Assembly (NCBI GenBank): GCA_039028615.1
Contig: JBCCHT010000050.1
Span: 29,183 to 93,182 of the forward strand
Direction: 5' to 3'
DNA from: Myxococcota bacterium
GTDB lineage: Bacteria; Myxococcota_A; Polyangia; Nannocystales; Nannocystaceae
DNA: 64,000 bases
Each line of letters opens with the position of its first letter. The stretch's first letter is position 1. Shown piece by piece: positions 1-14,768 of the stretch. The notes under the pieces were generated by a model that saw only the letters and a list, made by a program, of their open reading frames with translations, was not told the origin of the DNA and did no database searches. Position numbers and translations under genes: made by a program.

Positions 1-5002
<5,002 letters not shown>

Positions 5003-5025
<23 letters not shown>

Positions 5026-5749
5026 GGCGGTGGGTGGCGAGGGTCAGCCACCACGCCATCCACCCGCCGAACACGTCGAGCAGGGCGTGCAAGAGGATGG
5101 GCAGCAGCAGGGACTCGGTCACCACGAAGATCGAGCCGAAGAACACCGAGAGCACGAAGATCTTCGCCATCGCCCGCCAGCCCTGGTAGCGGTGGATGGC
5201 GGCGAAGCCGAAAGCGGGCAGCAAGACCACCGCGACGAGGCCGGCCGGGCTGCTGCCCGTGAACACCAGCAAGTACGAGATGGCAAAGCCGCGGGCGATG
5301 ATCTCCTCGGTCAGGCCGGCCGAGGCCCCGAACACGCTGAAGTGACGCGCCTCGCGGAGGGTAGCGGGAAGAAAGGGCACCTCTTTCCGTAGCCGTCCCA
5401 GGGTCTCGATGCGCTTGGCGGCCGTGCACGCCCCCCGCCAGGTCTCGAAGGCGATCCACCCCACGAACGCCGCGGCGATGGCCAGCCCCGTGCCGCGCTC
5501 GGCCTGCTGCCAGGTCAGGCCGAGCGACGCGAAGGAGCGGCCGGCCGAGGCCCAGACCGCACAGGTCGCCCCGGCCGCGGCCAGCATGATGGCGCCGTTG
5601 ATCCAATAGATCGCCAGCTTGGCCTTGGTGTCGAACGACTCTTCGTGGCCGAGCGACTGGCCGCGGACCAGGTTGAACAGCGCGAACGCGCCGATGAGGC
5701 CGGCCAAGACGTGCTCTGCGAGGGTCGGATCGTCCATGCTCGACGTCAT
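5003..5749 (-). CDS. CPBP family intramembrane glutamic endopeptidase (CAAX/Abi-like)
   Basis: Multiple TM helices; motifs TEEIIARG, FAAIHRYQG, LLHALLD. Confidence 0.88.
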
Positions 5750-5751
5750 GA

Positions 5752-5773
5752 TAAAATTATGTTAAAAATTTTA
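5752..5773. promoter_or_regulatory. AT-rich inverted repeat, candidate operator between divergent genes
   Basis: TAAAATT-N8-AATTTTA fills the 28-bp gap between the CPBP gene and the HTH regulator, in otherwise GC-rich DNA. Confidence 0.6.
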
Positions 5774-5777
5774 CCAA

Positions 5778-6350
5778 TTGAAGACGCCGAAGCGACGCAA
5801 GACCTTCGTGGTCGAAGACGATGCTCAACGGGCGGCGCTGACCTCACCGGTTCGACTCGAGCTGATCGAGCACCTGGCGGCGATCGGCCCCGCTTCCGTC
5901 CGCGATCTCGCCGCTCGGGTCGGCAGCACGACCCACGCCCTGCACTATCACGTGCGACAGCTGCGAGACGTCGGCCTTTTGGTCCCGGCGGGCTCGCGCC
6001 GCAGCGGTGCCCGCGACGAGACGCTCTACGACCTCATCGCCGAGCGTATCGAGATCTCCATGGACTCCAGCCATGGGGCCCAGGCCGGCATCAAGACCGC
6101 GCGCACCATCCTGCGCAAGGCCGAGCGCGACTTCACGGCGATCGCCGAGGCGGCCCCCGAGCGACTCGAAGCGGGCGATGGCATGGCGTGTCGAGCCCGC
6201 GCTCGTCTTTCCCGGGGCGCCCACAAGGAAGTCCTGCAGCACCTGGCCGCCATCGATCGCATCTTCCAACGCGAGCTGAAGCGTGAGCACCCGCCCCAGG
6301 CCCGCACCGAGGCCTTCACGATGACCGTGGTGTTCGTGCCCGAGGTCTGA
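5778..6350 (+). CDS. ArsR-like winged helix-turn-helix transcriptional regulator
   Basis: AALTSPVRLELIEHL...SVRDLAARVG...LHYHVRQLRDVGLL pattern; TTG start. Confidence 0.85.
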   Translation: MKTPKRRKTFVVEDDAQRAALTSPVRLELIEHLAAIGPASVRDLAARVGSTTHALHYHVRQLRDVGLLVPAGSRRSGARDETLYDLIAERIEISMDSSHGAQAGIKTARTILRKAERDFTAIAEAAPERLEAGDGMACRARARLSRGAHKEVLQHLAAIDRIFQRELKREHPPQARTEAFTMTVVFVPEV

Positions 6351-6356
6351 GCGCCG

Positions 6357-6926
6357 CTACCTCGCGTCGGCGGGCTTGGTGTTGCGCTCGAGGTAGCCCC
6401 CCAGCGACTCGAGCCCGTAGACATCGTGGGAGTCGTCGTCGCGAGCACCGATCTCCAGGTACGCGATGCGAGCGGCCGCTTCCTCGCCGACGCCGGCCTC
6501 GATGATCTGCAGGCCGATCTCCGCCCACGCCTCGAGCCCGGGGTTCGGCACCAGCAAGCGGATCGCGGGCTGGGAGGGCGCCTCGTCGGGGCGCAGCGGC
6601 ATGAAGCTCAGGGCCTTGGCCTCGAAGACCATGCCCCCTGCGTCGACCTGGAACTCGAAGCCGCGAGCGGGTCGGAACGCGACGAAGGACCAGCCGGCCA
6701 CGCTCGGCGCCGACTCGACCACACGCCGCACGACGGCGAAGGCTTCGACCTCCCCGCCCGCCGTCACGACGACGGTTCGAGTGCCGCTGTCGTCGCTGAC
6801 CTCCGCTCCGATGCGCTCGTCGACGGCCGCCAATGCGCTCGTGATCGCCTCGCTCGCAGCGTCGGGGCTCATCGCCCGCAGCTCGTCCTCGCGCCCCGAA
6901 AGCCAGCTCCAGTCTGCCGTGCTCAT
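6357..6926 (-). CDS. Hypothetical protein (189 aa)
   Basis: C-terminal part of ORF 6357..7883, from MSTADWSW. Acidic, globular-looking sequence; the upstream part of that ORF is the antisense shadow of the next gene. Confidence 0.7.
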   Translation of the reverse strand: MSTADWSWLSGREDELRAMSPDAASEAITSALAAVDERIGAEVSDDSGTRTVVVTAGGEVEAFAVVRRVVESAPSVAGWSFVAFRPARGFEFQVDAGGMVFEAKALSFMPLRPDEAPSQPAIRLLVPNPGLEAWAEIGLQIIEAGVGEEAAARIAYLEIGARDDDSHDVYGLESLGGYLERNTKPADAR

Positions 6927-6989
6927 GGACCCCAGGTACCAGGGCGGGCAAAGGGAATGCAAGGGCGCCCCCGGGGCGTACGGGGGCCG

Positions 6990-7967
6990 ATGCGCATCAC
7001 CGCCACCTCCCTGGGATTGCTGGGAACGCTGCTCGCCGGGTGCATGGCTCCGATGGAGGCCGAGGACCTCGTGCTCGAAGACGCGGAGGCGGTGACCTTC
7101 GACGAGCTTCGGTCTGTCCCCGATGCGCAACGTCTGGCCCCAACCCCGCCGCCGCCGACGGTGGAGGTCGAGGTCGAGCCCCCGGTCCCCGCGGCGCGGT
7201 CGGGTTCCGCCGTGCGACCGCGCTTCATCGAGGATACGAGCGAGCAGTCCTGTGCTTCGGTCTGGGCGGCGGGCTTTCCCGCGATCTCGGCCGACGGCCA
7301 GACAGTGGTCGTGCCGCGAGCCGACCACCTGGAGCTCAGCATGATCTCCGGGGCGCTCGAGCTGCAGTGGCACGACGTCGGTAGCGGAGCGATCACGGAG
7401 GTCGATCCCGTCGTCGACGGCATGAACAATGAAAACGGCAGCTGCTCCACGATGGAGCGGGGAGATCATCGTCAGATCCAACGGGTCAACCGCGCTCTCG
7501 CCAAGCATCGCTGGCGTACGATGGAGCCCCTGCCCGTCGCGTTCTTCAACCCGGACACGGGTCACCAGGAGTACCGCGACGAGTATTTCGGTGACGTACC
7601 CGGCAGCGCCCGCGTGCCCCAGCTCGGAATCCGCCACGGTGAGATTTTCCTGCGGATCCCCGGCGTGCGGGTCCTCGAGCGTCACGCGGCCTCCGCCGAG
7701 CTCAATTGGCACCCCTTTGCCGTGTTCGGCGACCGCAGCACGGGCACCGCCGTCATCGTGAGCATGGATTGCGCGGGCGAGTCGTGTACCTGTGATCCCA
7801 GCTACACCGCGCAGGTCGTGCAGTGGCAGCCCGAGACCTTCGACGTCATCGAGCAGCGGCCCTGCCTCGACCCCGACACGCACGACGAGGTCGCGGACGG
7901 CTGGGCCATCTGCGAGCCGATCGATTTCGGCATCGGCACCGTCGGGTCCGCGTGGGCCATCGGCTGA
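6990..7967 (+). CDS. Hypothetical lipoprotein
   Basis: Signal peptide with lipobox LLAGC, Pro-rich linker, paired Cys residues (CAGESCTC). Confidence 0.75.
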   Translation: MRITATSLGLLGTLLAGCMAPMEAEDLVLEDAEAVTFDELRSVPDAQRLAPTPPPPTVEVEVEPPVPAARSGSAVRPRFIEDTSEQSCASVWAAGFPAISADGQTVVVPRADHLELSMISGALELQWHDVGSGAITEVDPVVDGMNNENGSCSTMERGDHRQIQRVNRALAKHRWRTMEPLPVAFFNPDTGHQEYRDEYFGDVPGSARVPQLGIRHGEIFLRIPGVRVLERHAASAELNWHPFAVFGDRSTGTAVIVSMDCAGESCTCDPSYTAQVVQWQPETFDVIEQRPCLDPDTHDEVADGWAICEPIDFGIGTVGSAWAIG

Positions 7968-8011
7968 CGAGCCCTCCTTGAGGTCTCATTGCATTCCTGT
8001 ACCATCCTCGC

Positions 8012-9553
8012 ATTCTGAATCTCGACCCAGAGGAGCTGATCGACAGCCGACTTCGCGTCCATGATGACAACCAAGTCGAGATCAAGCTCGACTACACCGT
8101 CGGCACGGACCGACGCCGTAGTCACTATCGCGTCACGACCTATTTCTTCATCCCGCGGAGCCTGGGCCTCGACTCACACTCGTACCAGCGCGACCAGTTC
8201 TATGCCGACGTCCAGGCCTACCTGCGCTTCAAGACGCCCAAGGTCTCGCTCGCGGAGCTGATCAACCCCAACGAGGCACGCTCGCCGCTGACCCGCGCCC
8301 AGCAGATCATGCACGCGGCCAACGGCTCGAGCGACGGCCTCGAGCGGACACGGCTGCAGCGTGAGCTACGACTGCTCGGCTGCCTCGTCCGCACCAACCT
8401 CCGCGACGGCGTCGCCGACATTCGCAACAAGACGGCGCGGCTCAACGAGCCCGAAGCGCAGAAGGTCCTGCTCGAGGACGTGCGACAGGCCATCGAGCGC
8501 CTCCTGTCCGACATCGACGAGCTGCTGTCCGGGTTCCGGGGGCTCCGCCCGGACTTCCTGCAGCCCAAGCACCCGCAGTGGCTCCGTGAGCTGTTCGAGT
8601 ACGTCGACGAGTACCTGAGCATCTCCGTCGAGAGCTACCTGACGGTCGTGCTCTCTCTGCTCGACGCCAGCGAGCCTCTACGACGAGCCATCAACGAGAC
8701 GCGACAGCTCGTGGCCCAGCGGGTGCTCGCCGAGCAGCAGCACCGCTCGGGCGCAGGCTACGTCAGCGTGCTCGACCCCGACGGCCAGAACCGGTCCTAC
8801 GTCCATCGCAAGAGCGCGCTCAAGAAGTTCATGAGCTCGGTCCTGTTCCTGGGGATGAGCAAGGAGCAAGCCGGCCGCCGTATGGCCAACCTCAGCGCCG
8901 GGATCGCAGCCGCGGTCGCCATGGCGTTCTCCACCGTCGCCGCGATTTGGTCGCAGGGGGTATACGGCCTCAACAGCTTCCCCTTCGTGATCGCGCTGGT
9001 CATCTCCTACGTGTTCAAGGACCGCATCAAGGAGTGGCTTCGCACCTACTTCTCCGGGTTGGTGTCTCGCTGGCTCTACGACTACAGCGTGCTGATCCAC
9101 GACCCGGTGCCCGACGCCGTCGTCGGCCGTTGCCGCGAGGCCTTCGGCTTTCTGTCCGCGAGCCGGGTCCCCGAGCACATCGTGCAGCTGCGGCACTGTG
9201 ACTCGAGCTCGATGCTGGAGCCCGACACCAAGCCCGAGGTCGTGATGAAGTACATCAAGGACGTCACGCTCCGGGGTCGCAGGATCCTCCGCGCCCACGG
9301 CCGCCTCGCCGACGTCAACGACATCATCCGCTTCAACATCTCCAGCTTCCTCGCCCGCATGGACGAGCCCATCCAAGCGGTCGAGAGCTACAGCGCCGAG
9401 CTCGATGCCGTGACCAGTGTTCCTTGCCCCAAGGCCTATCATGTCAACCTGGTGATGGTGCTCGAAGCCGAGGGCCGAGAGGCCTCCGTCGATCGGTTTC
9501 GCATCATCCTGGACAAGCACGGCATCCAAGACCTCCAGGTCGTGGCAGTCTAG
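8012..9553 (+). CDS. Hypothetical membrane-associated protein; true start probably upstream of ATG 8309 (non-canonical start codon)
   Basis: Frame is open from 7982. Region 8039-8308 reads as well-formed protein (IDSRLRVHDDNQVEIKLDY...TTYFFIPRSLG...FYADVQAYLRFKTP) but has no ATG/GTG/TTG. Two TM segments near AGIAAAVAMAF and FVIALVISYVFKDRIKE. Start coordinate uncertain. Confidence 0.75.
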   Translation: MLNLDPEELIDSRLRVHDDNQVEIKLDYTVGTDRRRSHYRVTTYFFIPRSLGLDSHSYQRDQFYADVQAYLRFKTPKVSLAELINPNEARSPLTRAQQIMHAANGSSDGLERTRLQRELRLLGCLVRTNLRDGVADIRNKTARLNEPEAQKVLLEDVRQAIERLLSDIDELLSGFRGLRPDFLQPKHPQWLRELFEYVDEYLSISVESYLTVVLSLLDASEPLRRAINETRQLVAQRVLAEQQHRSGAGYVSVLDPDGQNRSYVHRKSALKKFMSSVLFLGMSKEQAGRRMANLSAGIAAAVAMAFSTVAAIWSQGVYGLNSFPFVIALVISYVFKDRIKEWLRTYFSGLVSRWLYDYSVLIHDPVPDAVVGRCREAFGFLSASRVPEHIVQLRHCDSSSMLEPDTKPEVVMKYIKDVTLRGRRILRAHGRLADVNDIIRFNISSFLARMDEPIQAVESYSAELDAVTSVPCPKAYHVNLVMVLEAEGREASVDRFRIILDKHGIQDLQVVAV

Positions 9554-9568
9554 AAAAGACGGTGACCC

Positions 9569-11131
9569 ATGTCGATTCGCGTGACCCCTGTGCATCTCGT
9601 CCTCGGCGTCCTGACGGCCACTTCCGCGCTGTCGTGCTCGCTGTTCAAGGGCGCCATCTCGCAGCCGCCGACCATGGTCGAGCGCAGCTGGGCGGTCGAG
9701 TCTTTGTTCACCGAAGAGGGCACCCGCAAGCTCGACACGCCGTCGGTGTTCGTGGACGAGCACGGTCAGCCCGGGTTCGCGCTCGCCAACCGGGCGTTCA
9801 CCATGGGCGCGCAATCCATTGCGGTCGGAGAGCACTCCGATGAAGGTTGGCGCGTCTCGTTCCCGGAGATGGACGCCCCGTGGCGGGTCTGCGGTCGAGC
9901 CGAGGGCGATGGCGTCCTCGTCTCCCACGGAGAAACCAACGGGCCGCTGAGCGCGTTCACGTGGGACGGCACGACCACCGCGCCCGCCGAGGCCGGGTTT
10001 TGCCCCGAGCTGGCGCCCAACCGCCGCTTCACCGAGGGCCCGAGCGGCAACGACGAGCTCGAGCTGTCCAACGATGGGCGCACGCTGTGGCACAAGTCCG
10101 AGGGGCAGGCGTGCCCTCCTCACGACGTCACGCCCGGGTTCGTCATCGAGCAGTTCGCGTTTGCCGTGGGCGCCAACGGAAAGCCGAGCGCAGTCGTATT
10201 CGAACGCCCCGACAACGACGACGAGGCGCTGGGGCACCTTCGCCACGCCACCTGCGAGGGCGGAGCCTGGACCTCCTCCATGATCGCGCCGCAGTCCAAG
10301 GTGACCGCGGTCGGCCTCGCCCTGGCCGACGACGGGACCCCCCATGTGGTCTTCGTCGACGAGAGCGGCGGAGGCTCGACGTTACGCCACGCGACCCCCA
10401 GGAACGCGGCGGCGCCTGGGGACCACGATCCTCGGGTCCAACCGGCCGTCGATGCCTGCGCACGTCTGTGGCCGGCACCGCCGCAAGGCGAAGGGGTCGA
10501 GCCCTTCCAGAGCGGGGACGCCTTCCGCTGCGCCGTGCTCCAGCACGCCCCCGAGACCTCGGCGCAGGCCCTCGAGTCCTCGAGTTCCGCGTGCAGTGCC
10601 GACAATTCGACGGGCTGCATCCTCGCTGGTTCGTTGCACCACTGGCTCATGGGGCGCGTGTCGATCGTGCTCGAGGTGCCCACCGACGCGGGCAGCCGTT
10701 TTCAGATCGAGTGGTCGGGCCTGCGCGCCAACGGGATCGAGGCCGACGACGCCAAGGCGGCCGCGTTCTTTGGCAAGGCCTGCGACGATGGCGATGCTCG
10801 GGCCTGCATGCACCAGGCGTTCGTGTTGCCGGGCGACGATCCGAAGCGCCTCGAGCGGGCGACCACCGCGTGCCAAGCCGGACTCGCTTCAGCCTGCACC
10901 CTGGCGCTGGCGGCCCGCGGCGGCCGGCCGACGCCCGAGCTCGCCGCGATGGCCGAGCCCGCCCTACGAACCGCCTGCGAGGGCGATGACGCAGCTTCGT
11001 GCAATTCCCTCGGCGTGCTGCTGCACGTGGGCGGAGACGCGGCCGGAGCCCGCACCGCCCTCGACCAAGCGTGTCGGGCCGGCCTCGCGCAGGCGTGCGA
11101 CAACCTCGGTCGCGTGCCCGCCCGCCAGTAA
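9569..11131 (+). CDS. Lipoprotein with beta-rich N-terminal region and C-terminal Sel1/cysteine-rich helical repeats
   Basis: Signal ending SALSC; repeats KACDDGDARAC, ACQAGLASAC, ACEGDDAASCNSLG, ACRAGLAQACDNLG. Confidence 0.75.
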   Translation: MSIRVTPVHLVLGVLTATSALSCSLFKGAISQPPTMVERSWAVESLFTEEGTRKLDTPSVFVDEHGQPGFALANRAFTMGAQSIAVGEHSDEGWRVSFPEMDAPWRVCGRAEGDGVLVSHGETNGPLSAFTWDGTTTAPAEAGFCPELAPNRRFTEGPSGNDELELSNDGRTLWHKSEGQACPPHDVTPGFVIEQFAFAVGANGKPSAVVFERPDNDDEALGHLRHATCEGGAWTSSMIAPQSKVTAVGLALADDGTPHVVFVDESGGGSTLRHATPRNAAAPGDHDPRVQPAVDACARLWPAPPQGEGVEPFQSGDAFRCAVLQHAPETSAQALESSSSACSADNSTGCILAGSLHHWLMGRVSIVLEVPTDAGSRFQIEWSGLRANGIEADDAKAAAFFGKACDDGDARACMHQAFVLPGDDPKRLERATTACQAGLASACTLALAARGGRPTPELAAMAEPALRTACEGDDAASCNSLGVLLHVGGDAAGARTALDQACRAGLAQACDNLGRVPARQ

Positions 11132-11142
11132 GCCAGCCGGGT

Positions 11143-11841
11143 TCAGCGGGTGAGCACCAGCTCGCGACGACGCACCAGCAGCCCGGACAGCGTCACGCAC
11201 AGCGCGACGAGTCCCACCAGCACCAGGACCGACACCCACCACGGACCTGGCCCGCTGGCGGAGACCATGGGGAACGACGAGGGCTGGCCCAGCTCGGCGA
11301 GGTTGCGCATGTGCGAGCGCAGGGTGAGCGACGAGAGCCACCCGGGCACCCCCTGGAGCGCCTGCTCCCACACCAGCACATAGGCCAGGCCGAGCCAGGT
11401 GGGGCGCTTGAGCAGCAGGCCCCACAGGCCAAAGAGGCTCGCGTGGGCCAGGGTGCCGAGCACGGCGGCCGCGATCATGCGAGCGCCGTCTTCGAAGCCG
11501 TCGGCGGCGATGATCACCGCGGGCACGATGGCGATCAGCACGGGACCGATGGCCGCGACCAACCGCGCCCCGAACAGCGCCGCACGATTGACCGGCCGGG
11601 TGAAGCCGTAGGTCAGCGTCTGGTCCTCGACCTCCTCGCGGAGCACCCCGCCGCCGAAGGCCAGCGACATCAGGGGCACGAGGAAGATCAGCATGAGCTG
11701 ACCGAGCGCCCCGTGGGGCACATCGAAGAGGAAGCGCAGGATCGCGACGAGCACGGGCACCGCGATCACCCACACCAGCGTGCCCCGCCGCAGCAAGTTG
11801 CGGCGCAAGTGAAAGCCAGCCCAGAAAATCGCGGGGTTCAT
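11143..11841 (-). CDS. ABC-2 type transporter permease
   Basis: About 6 TM helices; EEVEDQTLTYGFTRPV motif; last gene of the ABC operon. Confidence 0.85.
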   Translation of the reverse strand: MNPAIFWAGFHLRRNLLRRGTLVWVIAVPVLVAILRFLFDVPHGALGQLMLIFLVPLMSLAFGGGVLREEVEDQTLTYGFTRPVNRAALFGARLVAAIGPVLIAIVPAVIIAADGFEDGARMIAAAVLGTLAHASLFGLWGLLLKRPTWLGLAYVLVWEQALQGVPGWLSSLTLRSHMRNLAELGQPSSFPMVSASGPGPWWVSVLVLVGLVALCVTLSGLLVRRRELVLTR

Positions 11842-11856
11842 GCTCAGGCTCGATCC

Positions 11857-12783
11857 TCAGTCGATGAGATAGCGATAGAGGCTCTCGAGGTCGGCATCGG
11901 GGGAGCCGAGCTTCTCGATGACCATGCCGAGCCGCGCCGCCTCGGTGGGCAGCACCCGGCACAGCTCGCTCAGGTTGGTGGTGGTGAGCTCGAGGGTGGT
12001 GTCGCCGACGACCTCGGCCGCCTGCACGTGCGGCAGAGCGACCAACGCCGCCGCCAGCGGACGCGGGCCCGAGACCTCGATGCGAAAGCGATAGGGCCGA
12101 TCGTCGAGCAGCGCCCGCAGGCGCGCGATGTCCCCGGTGGCGCGTAGCCGGCCGTAGCGGACCATCACCACCTGGTGGGTCATGGCCTCGACCTCGTGCA
12201 GCACGTGGCTGGAGACGATGACGCAGCGGCCCTGCTGGCCCAGCGTGCGCACGAGCGCGATGAGGTCGGCTCGCCCGATGGGGTCGGTGCCGGTCAGCGG
12301 CTCGTCGAGCAAGACGATGGGCGGGTCGTGGGCGATGGCCTGGGCGATCTTGGTGCGCTGCCGCATGCCCCGGCTCATCTCGCGGATGCGCTTGCCCATG
12401 TTGTCGGCCATGCCGACCTGCGCCAACGCAGCGTGGGCCCGCTGCCGAGACTCGCGCGCGGAGTACCCGAACAGGCGGGTCAGCGCGGTCACGAACGCCT
12501 CGCCCGTCTGCTCTTCGTAGAACTTGTCTTGCTCGGGGCACAGGCCGAGGCGACGGAAGATCTCGGGCTCGGCGAAGGGATCGAGCCCGCCCACGCGCAC
12601 CGTGCCCGTGTCGGGCCGAAGCTGGCCGGAGATGAGCTTGAGCAAGGTGGACTTGCCCGAGCCGTTGGGGCCGAGCAGGCCGGTCACCCCCGGACCGATC
12701 TCCAGATCGATCTCGTCGAGCGCACGCACCATGCCGAAGAGCTTGGTGACGCCGCGGACCTCGATGGCGGGCGGAGCGTTCAT
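11857..12783 (-). CDS. ABC transporter ATP-binding protein
   Basis: GPNGSGKST, MSRGMRQR, LLDEP, SSH; start MNAPPAIEV overlaps the upstream stop. Confidence 0.93.
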   Translation of the reverse strand: MNAPPAIEVRGVTKLFGMVRALDEIDLEIGPGVTGLLGPNGSGKSTLLKLISGQLRPDTGTVRVGGLDPFAEPEIFRRLGLCPEQDKFYEEQTGEAFVTALTRLFGYSARESRQRAHAALAQVGMADNMGKRIREMSRGMRQRTKIAQAIAHDPPIVLLDEPLTGTDPIGRADLIALVRTLGQQGRCVIVSSHVLHEVEAMTHQVVMVRYGRLRATGDIARLRALLDDRPYRFRIEVSGPRPLAAALVALPHVQAAEVVGDTTLELTTTNLSELCRVLPTEAARLGMVIEKLGSPDADLESLYRYLID

Positions 12784-13697
12784 CCCGAGACCTCCTTGCG
12801 CACCCGCCACATCAGCAAGGCGAGGCCAGCCGCGCTCAGCCCCGCGACGCACAGCATCGCCAGCGCCAACGAGGGGTTCACCGCCGGGCGATTGGTGAGC
12901 ATCGACAGCAGCATGCCGCTGCCTCCCGCGTCGAGCACCGAGTCGGCCAGGGTCTGGATGTTGCGCGACGGCGACAGATAGCCCGCCCAGCGGTGCCCGG
13001 CATTGGGCAGCTGCTCGCCGAGGAAGGTCAGCATCAGCATGCCGACCACGTAGAGCACGCCCACCGTACGACCGCGCTCTCCGATCGCGCTGAGACCCAA
13101 GATGGTGGTGGTGAGCAGGACGGCGGCGACCAAGACCCCGAGCAGCCCCGGCGGCAGCAGCCACCACAGCTCGGAGGACGTGCCCGGCGGGGCCATGCCC
13201 ACCGCGAACAGCCACAGCAAGAAGAACGGCACCACCATCACCGCGAAGGGCACCAGGCCCGCGGCCAGCAGCTTGCCGATGAGGTAGTCGCGCTGGCGGA
13301 GCGGCCGGGAGAAGTACAGCTCCATGGCCCCGGTGCGACGATCTTCGGCCACGAGCGGCGCGGCCACCATCGCCAGCAAGAACGCGCAGGCGACCATCTG
13401 CACGCCGATGAAGTTGGCCAGGGTCGCGTGCACGTCCCCCACCACCCCCTTGATGAAGGTCTGCGCCATGCCGACCGGGGCACCGTGGGTGGCCTGGGTG
13501 AAGCGCTCGGCGAGGATCTGGGCGGTCAGGGCCATGCCGTGGCCGAACACCGACATCGAACACAGGACCAGGCCGAACTTGGTGGAGCGCTTGCGCCACG
13601 CGAGGCTGAGCGCGGTGCGGGCGATGGGCCACGGCACCCAGCGGTGGGATCGCTCGGGCAGACGGCGGTAGCCGACCCCGAAGACCTGATCCTTCAT
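12780..13697 (-). CDS. ABC-2 type transporter permease
   Basis: EDRRTGAMELYFSRPL...DYLIGK motif; multiple TM helices; start MKDQVFG after GGAGG. Confidence 0.87.
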   Translation of the reverse strand: MKDQVFGVGYRRLPERSHRWVPWPIARTALSLAWRKRSTKFGLVLCSMSVFGHGMALTAQILAERFTQATHGAPVGMAQTFIKGVVGDVHATLANFIGVQMVACAFLLAMVAAPLVAEDRRTGAMELYFSRPLRQRDYLIGKLLAAGLVPFAVMVVPFFLLWLFAVGMAPPGTSSELWWLLPPGLLGVLVAAVLLTTTILGLSAIGERGRTVGVLYVVGMLMLTFLGEQLPNAGHRWAGYLSPSRNIQTLADSVLDAGGSGMLLSMLTNRPAVNPSLALAMLCVAGLSAAGLALLMWRVRKEVSG

Positions 13698-14620
13698 TGC
13701 ACCTCCTGGGGGCCGACCGCGGCCATGAACGCGTCTTCGAGTCGTTGACCGCGGGGCTGCACTTGCCACAGCGACACGCCCACCGCCGCCGCCGCGGCCC
13801 AGATGGCCTCGGGGCCATGGCCGGGAGCGAGGCGCACCCGCAGCGCGTCGGGCTGGGCTCCCGGGCTCACGCCGTGCCCGGCCTGGGTGAGTGTGCCCGC
13901 CAGCGGCCGCAGATCGTCCGAGCCGCGGATCTCGTAGTCGTCGTCGCCCATGCGCGCGCGCAGCTGCTCGAGCGTGCCCGCGTAGCGCACCTGGCCGCGG
14001 TCCATGATGATGCAGGCGTCGCAGGTGCGCTCCACGTCGTGGAGCAGGTGGGTCGACAGCAGCACGGCCGGACCATCGCCATCGCGCAAGCGCACGATGA
14101 GCTGCAAGAGTTCGTCGCGGCTGCTGGGGTCGAGGCCGCTGGTGGGCTCGTCGAGCATGAGCAGCTCGGGGTCGTGGACCAGGGCCATGGCGATCTTGAC
14201 CCGCTGGTGCATGCCCGTGCTGTACTCCTCGACCGGCCGCTGGCGTGCGTCGTCGAGGCCGACCAGGTCGAGCATCTCGTGGGCGCGCAAGAGTGCGATG
14301 CGCCGCGGCAGCCCGCACAGCTCCGCCGCGTAGGCCACCGATTCCAGCCCGGACAGCCCGGGAATGCGATGCGCCCCCTCGGCCGCGTAGCCCAGGCGCA
14401 TGCGCACCGCTCCGGGGTTGCGACGTGCATCGACCCCGAGCACGCCCACCTCCCCCGCGTCGGGTTTCAGCAGGCCCAGGCACGCGCGCATCAGCGTGGT
14501 CTTGCCCGCACCGTTGGGCCCGAGCAGGCCGACCGCGCGACCGTCGACGCGACAGGTCACCTCGTCGAGCGCCTTCAGGGCGCCGAATCGCTTGCTCACG
14601 CCGCGGAGGTCAAGCAGCAC
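13694..14620 (-). CDS. ABC transporter ATP-binding protein
   Basis: GPNGAGKTT, YSTGMHQR, MLDEPTSGLD, STH; GTG start inferred. Confidence 0.92.
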   Translation of the reverse strand: MLLDLRGVSKRFGALKALDEVTCRVDGRAVGLLGPNGAGKTTLMRACLGLLKPDAGEVGVLGVDARRNPGAVRMRLGYAAEGAHRIPGLSGLESVAYAAELCGLPRRIALLRAHEMLDLVGLDDARQRPVEEYSTGMHQRVKIAMALVHDPELLMLDEPTSGLDPSSRDELLQLIVRLRDGDGPAVLLSTHLLHDVERTCDACIIMDRGQVRYAGTLEQLRARMGDDDYEIRGSDDLRPLAGTLTQAGHGVSPGAQPDALRVRLAPGHGPEAIWAAAAAVGVSLWQVQPRGQRLEDAFMAAVGPQEVQ

Positions 14621-14768
14621 AGGCGCTTTGTACCGCACCCCCGCCGCCCTTCTTCCCGATTTCTCGACCAATCGCGATCCGGCGACGATGAACGGTCGGA
14701 GGCTCGACCCGAAGGGCCCCGCGGACCCGACCGCGCGAAACCGGCACGGACACGCTATCGTCGGGCCC

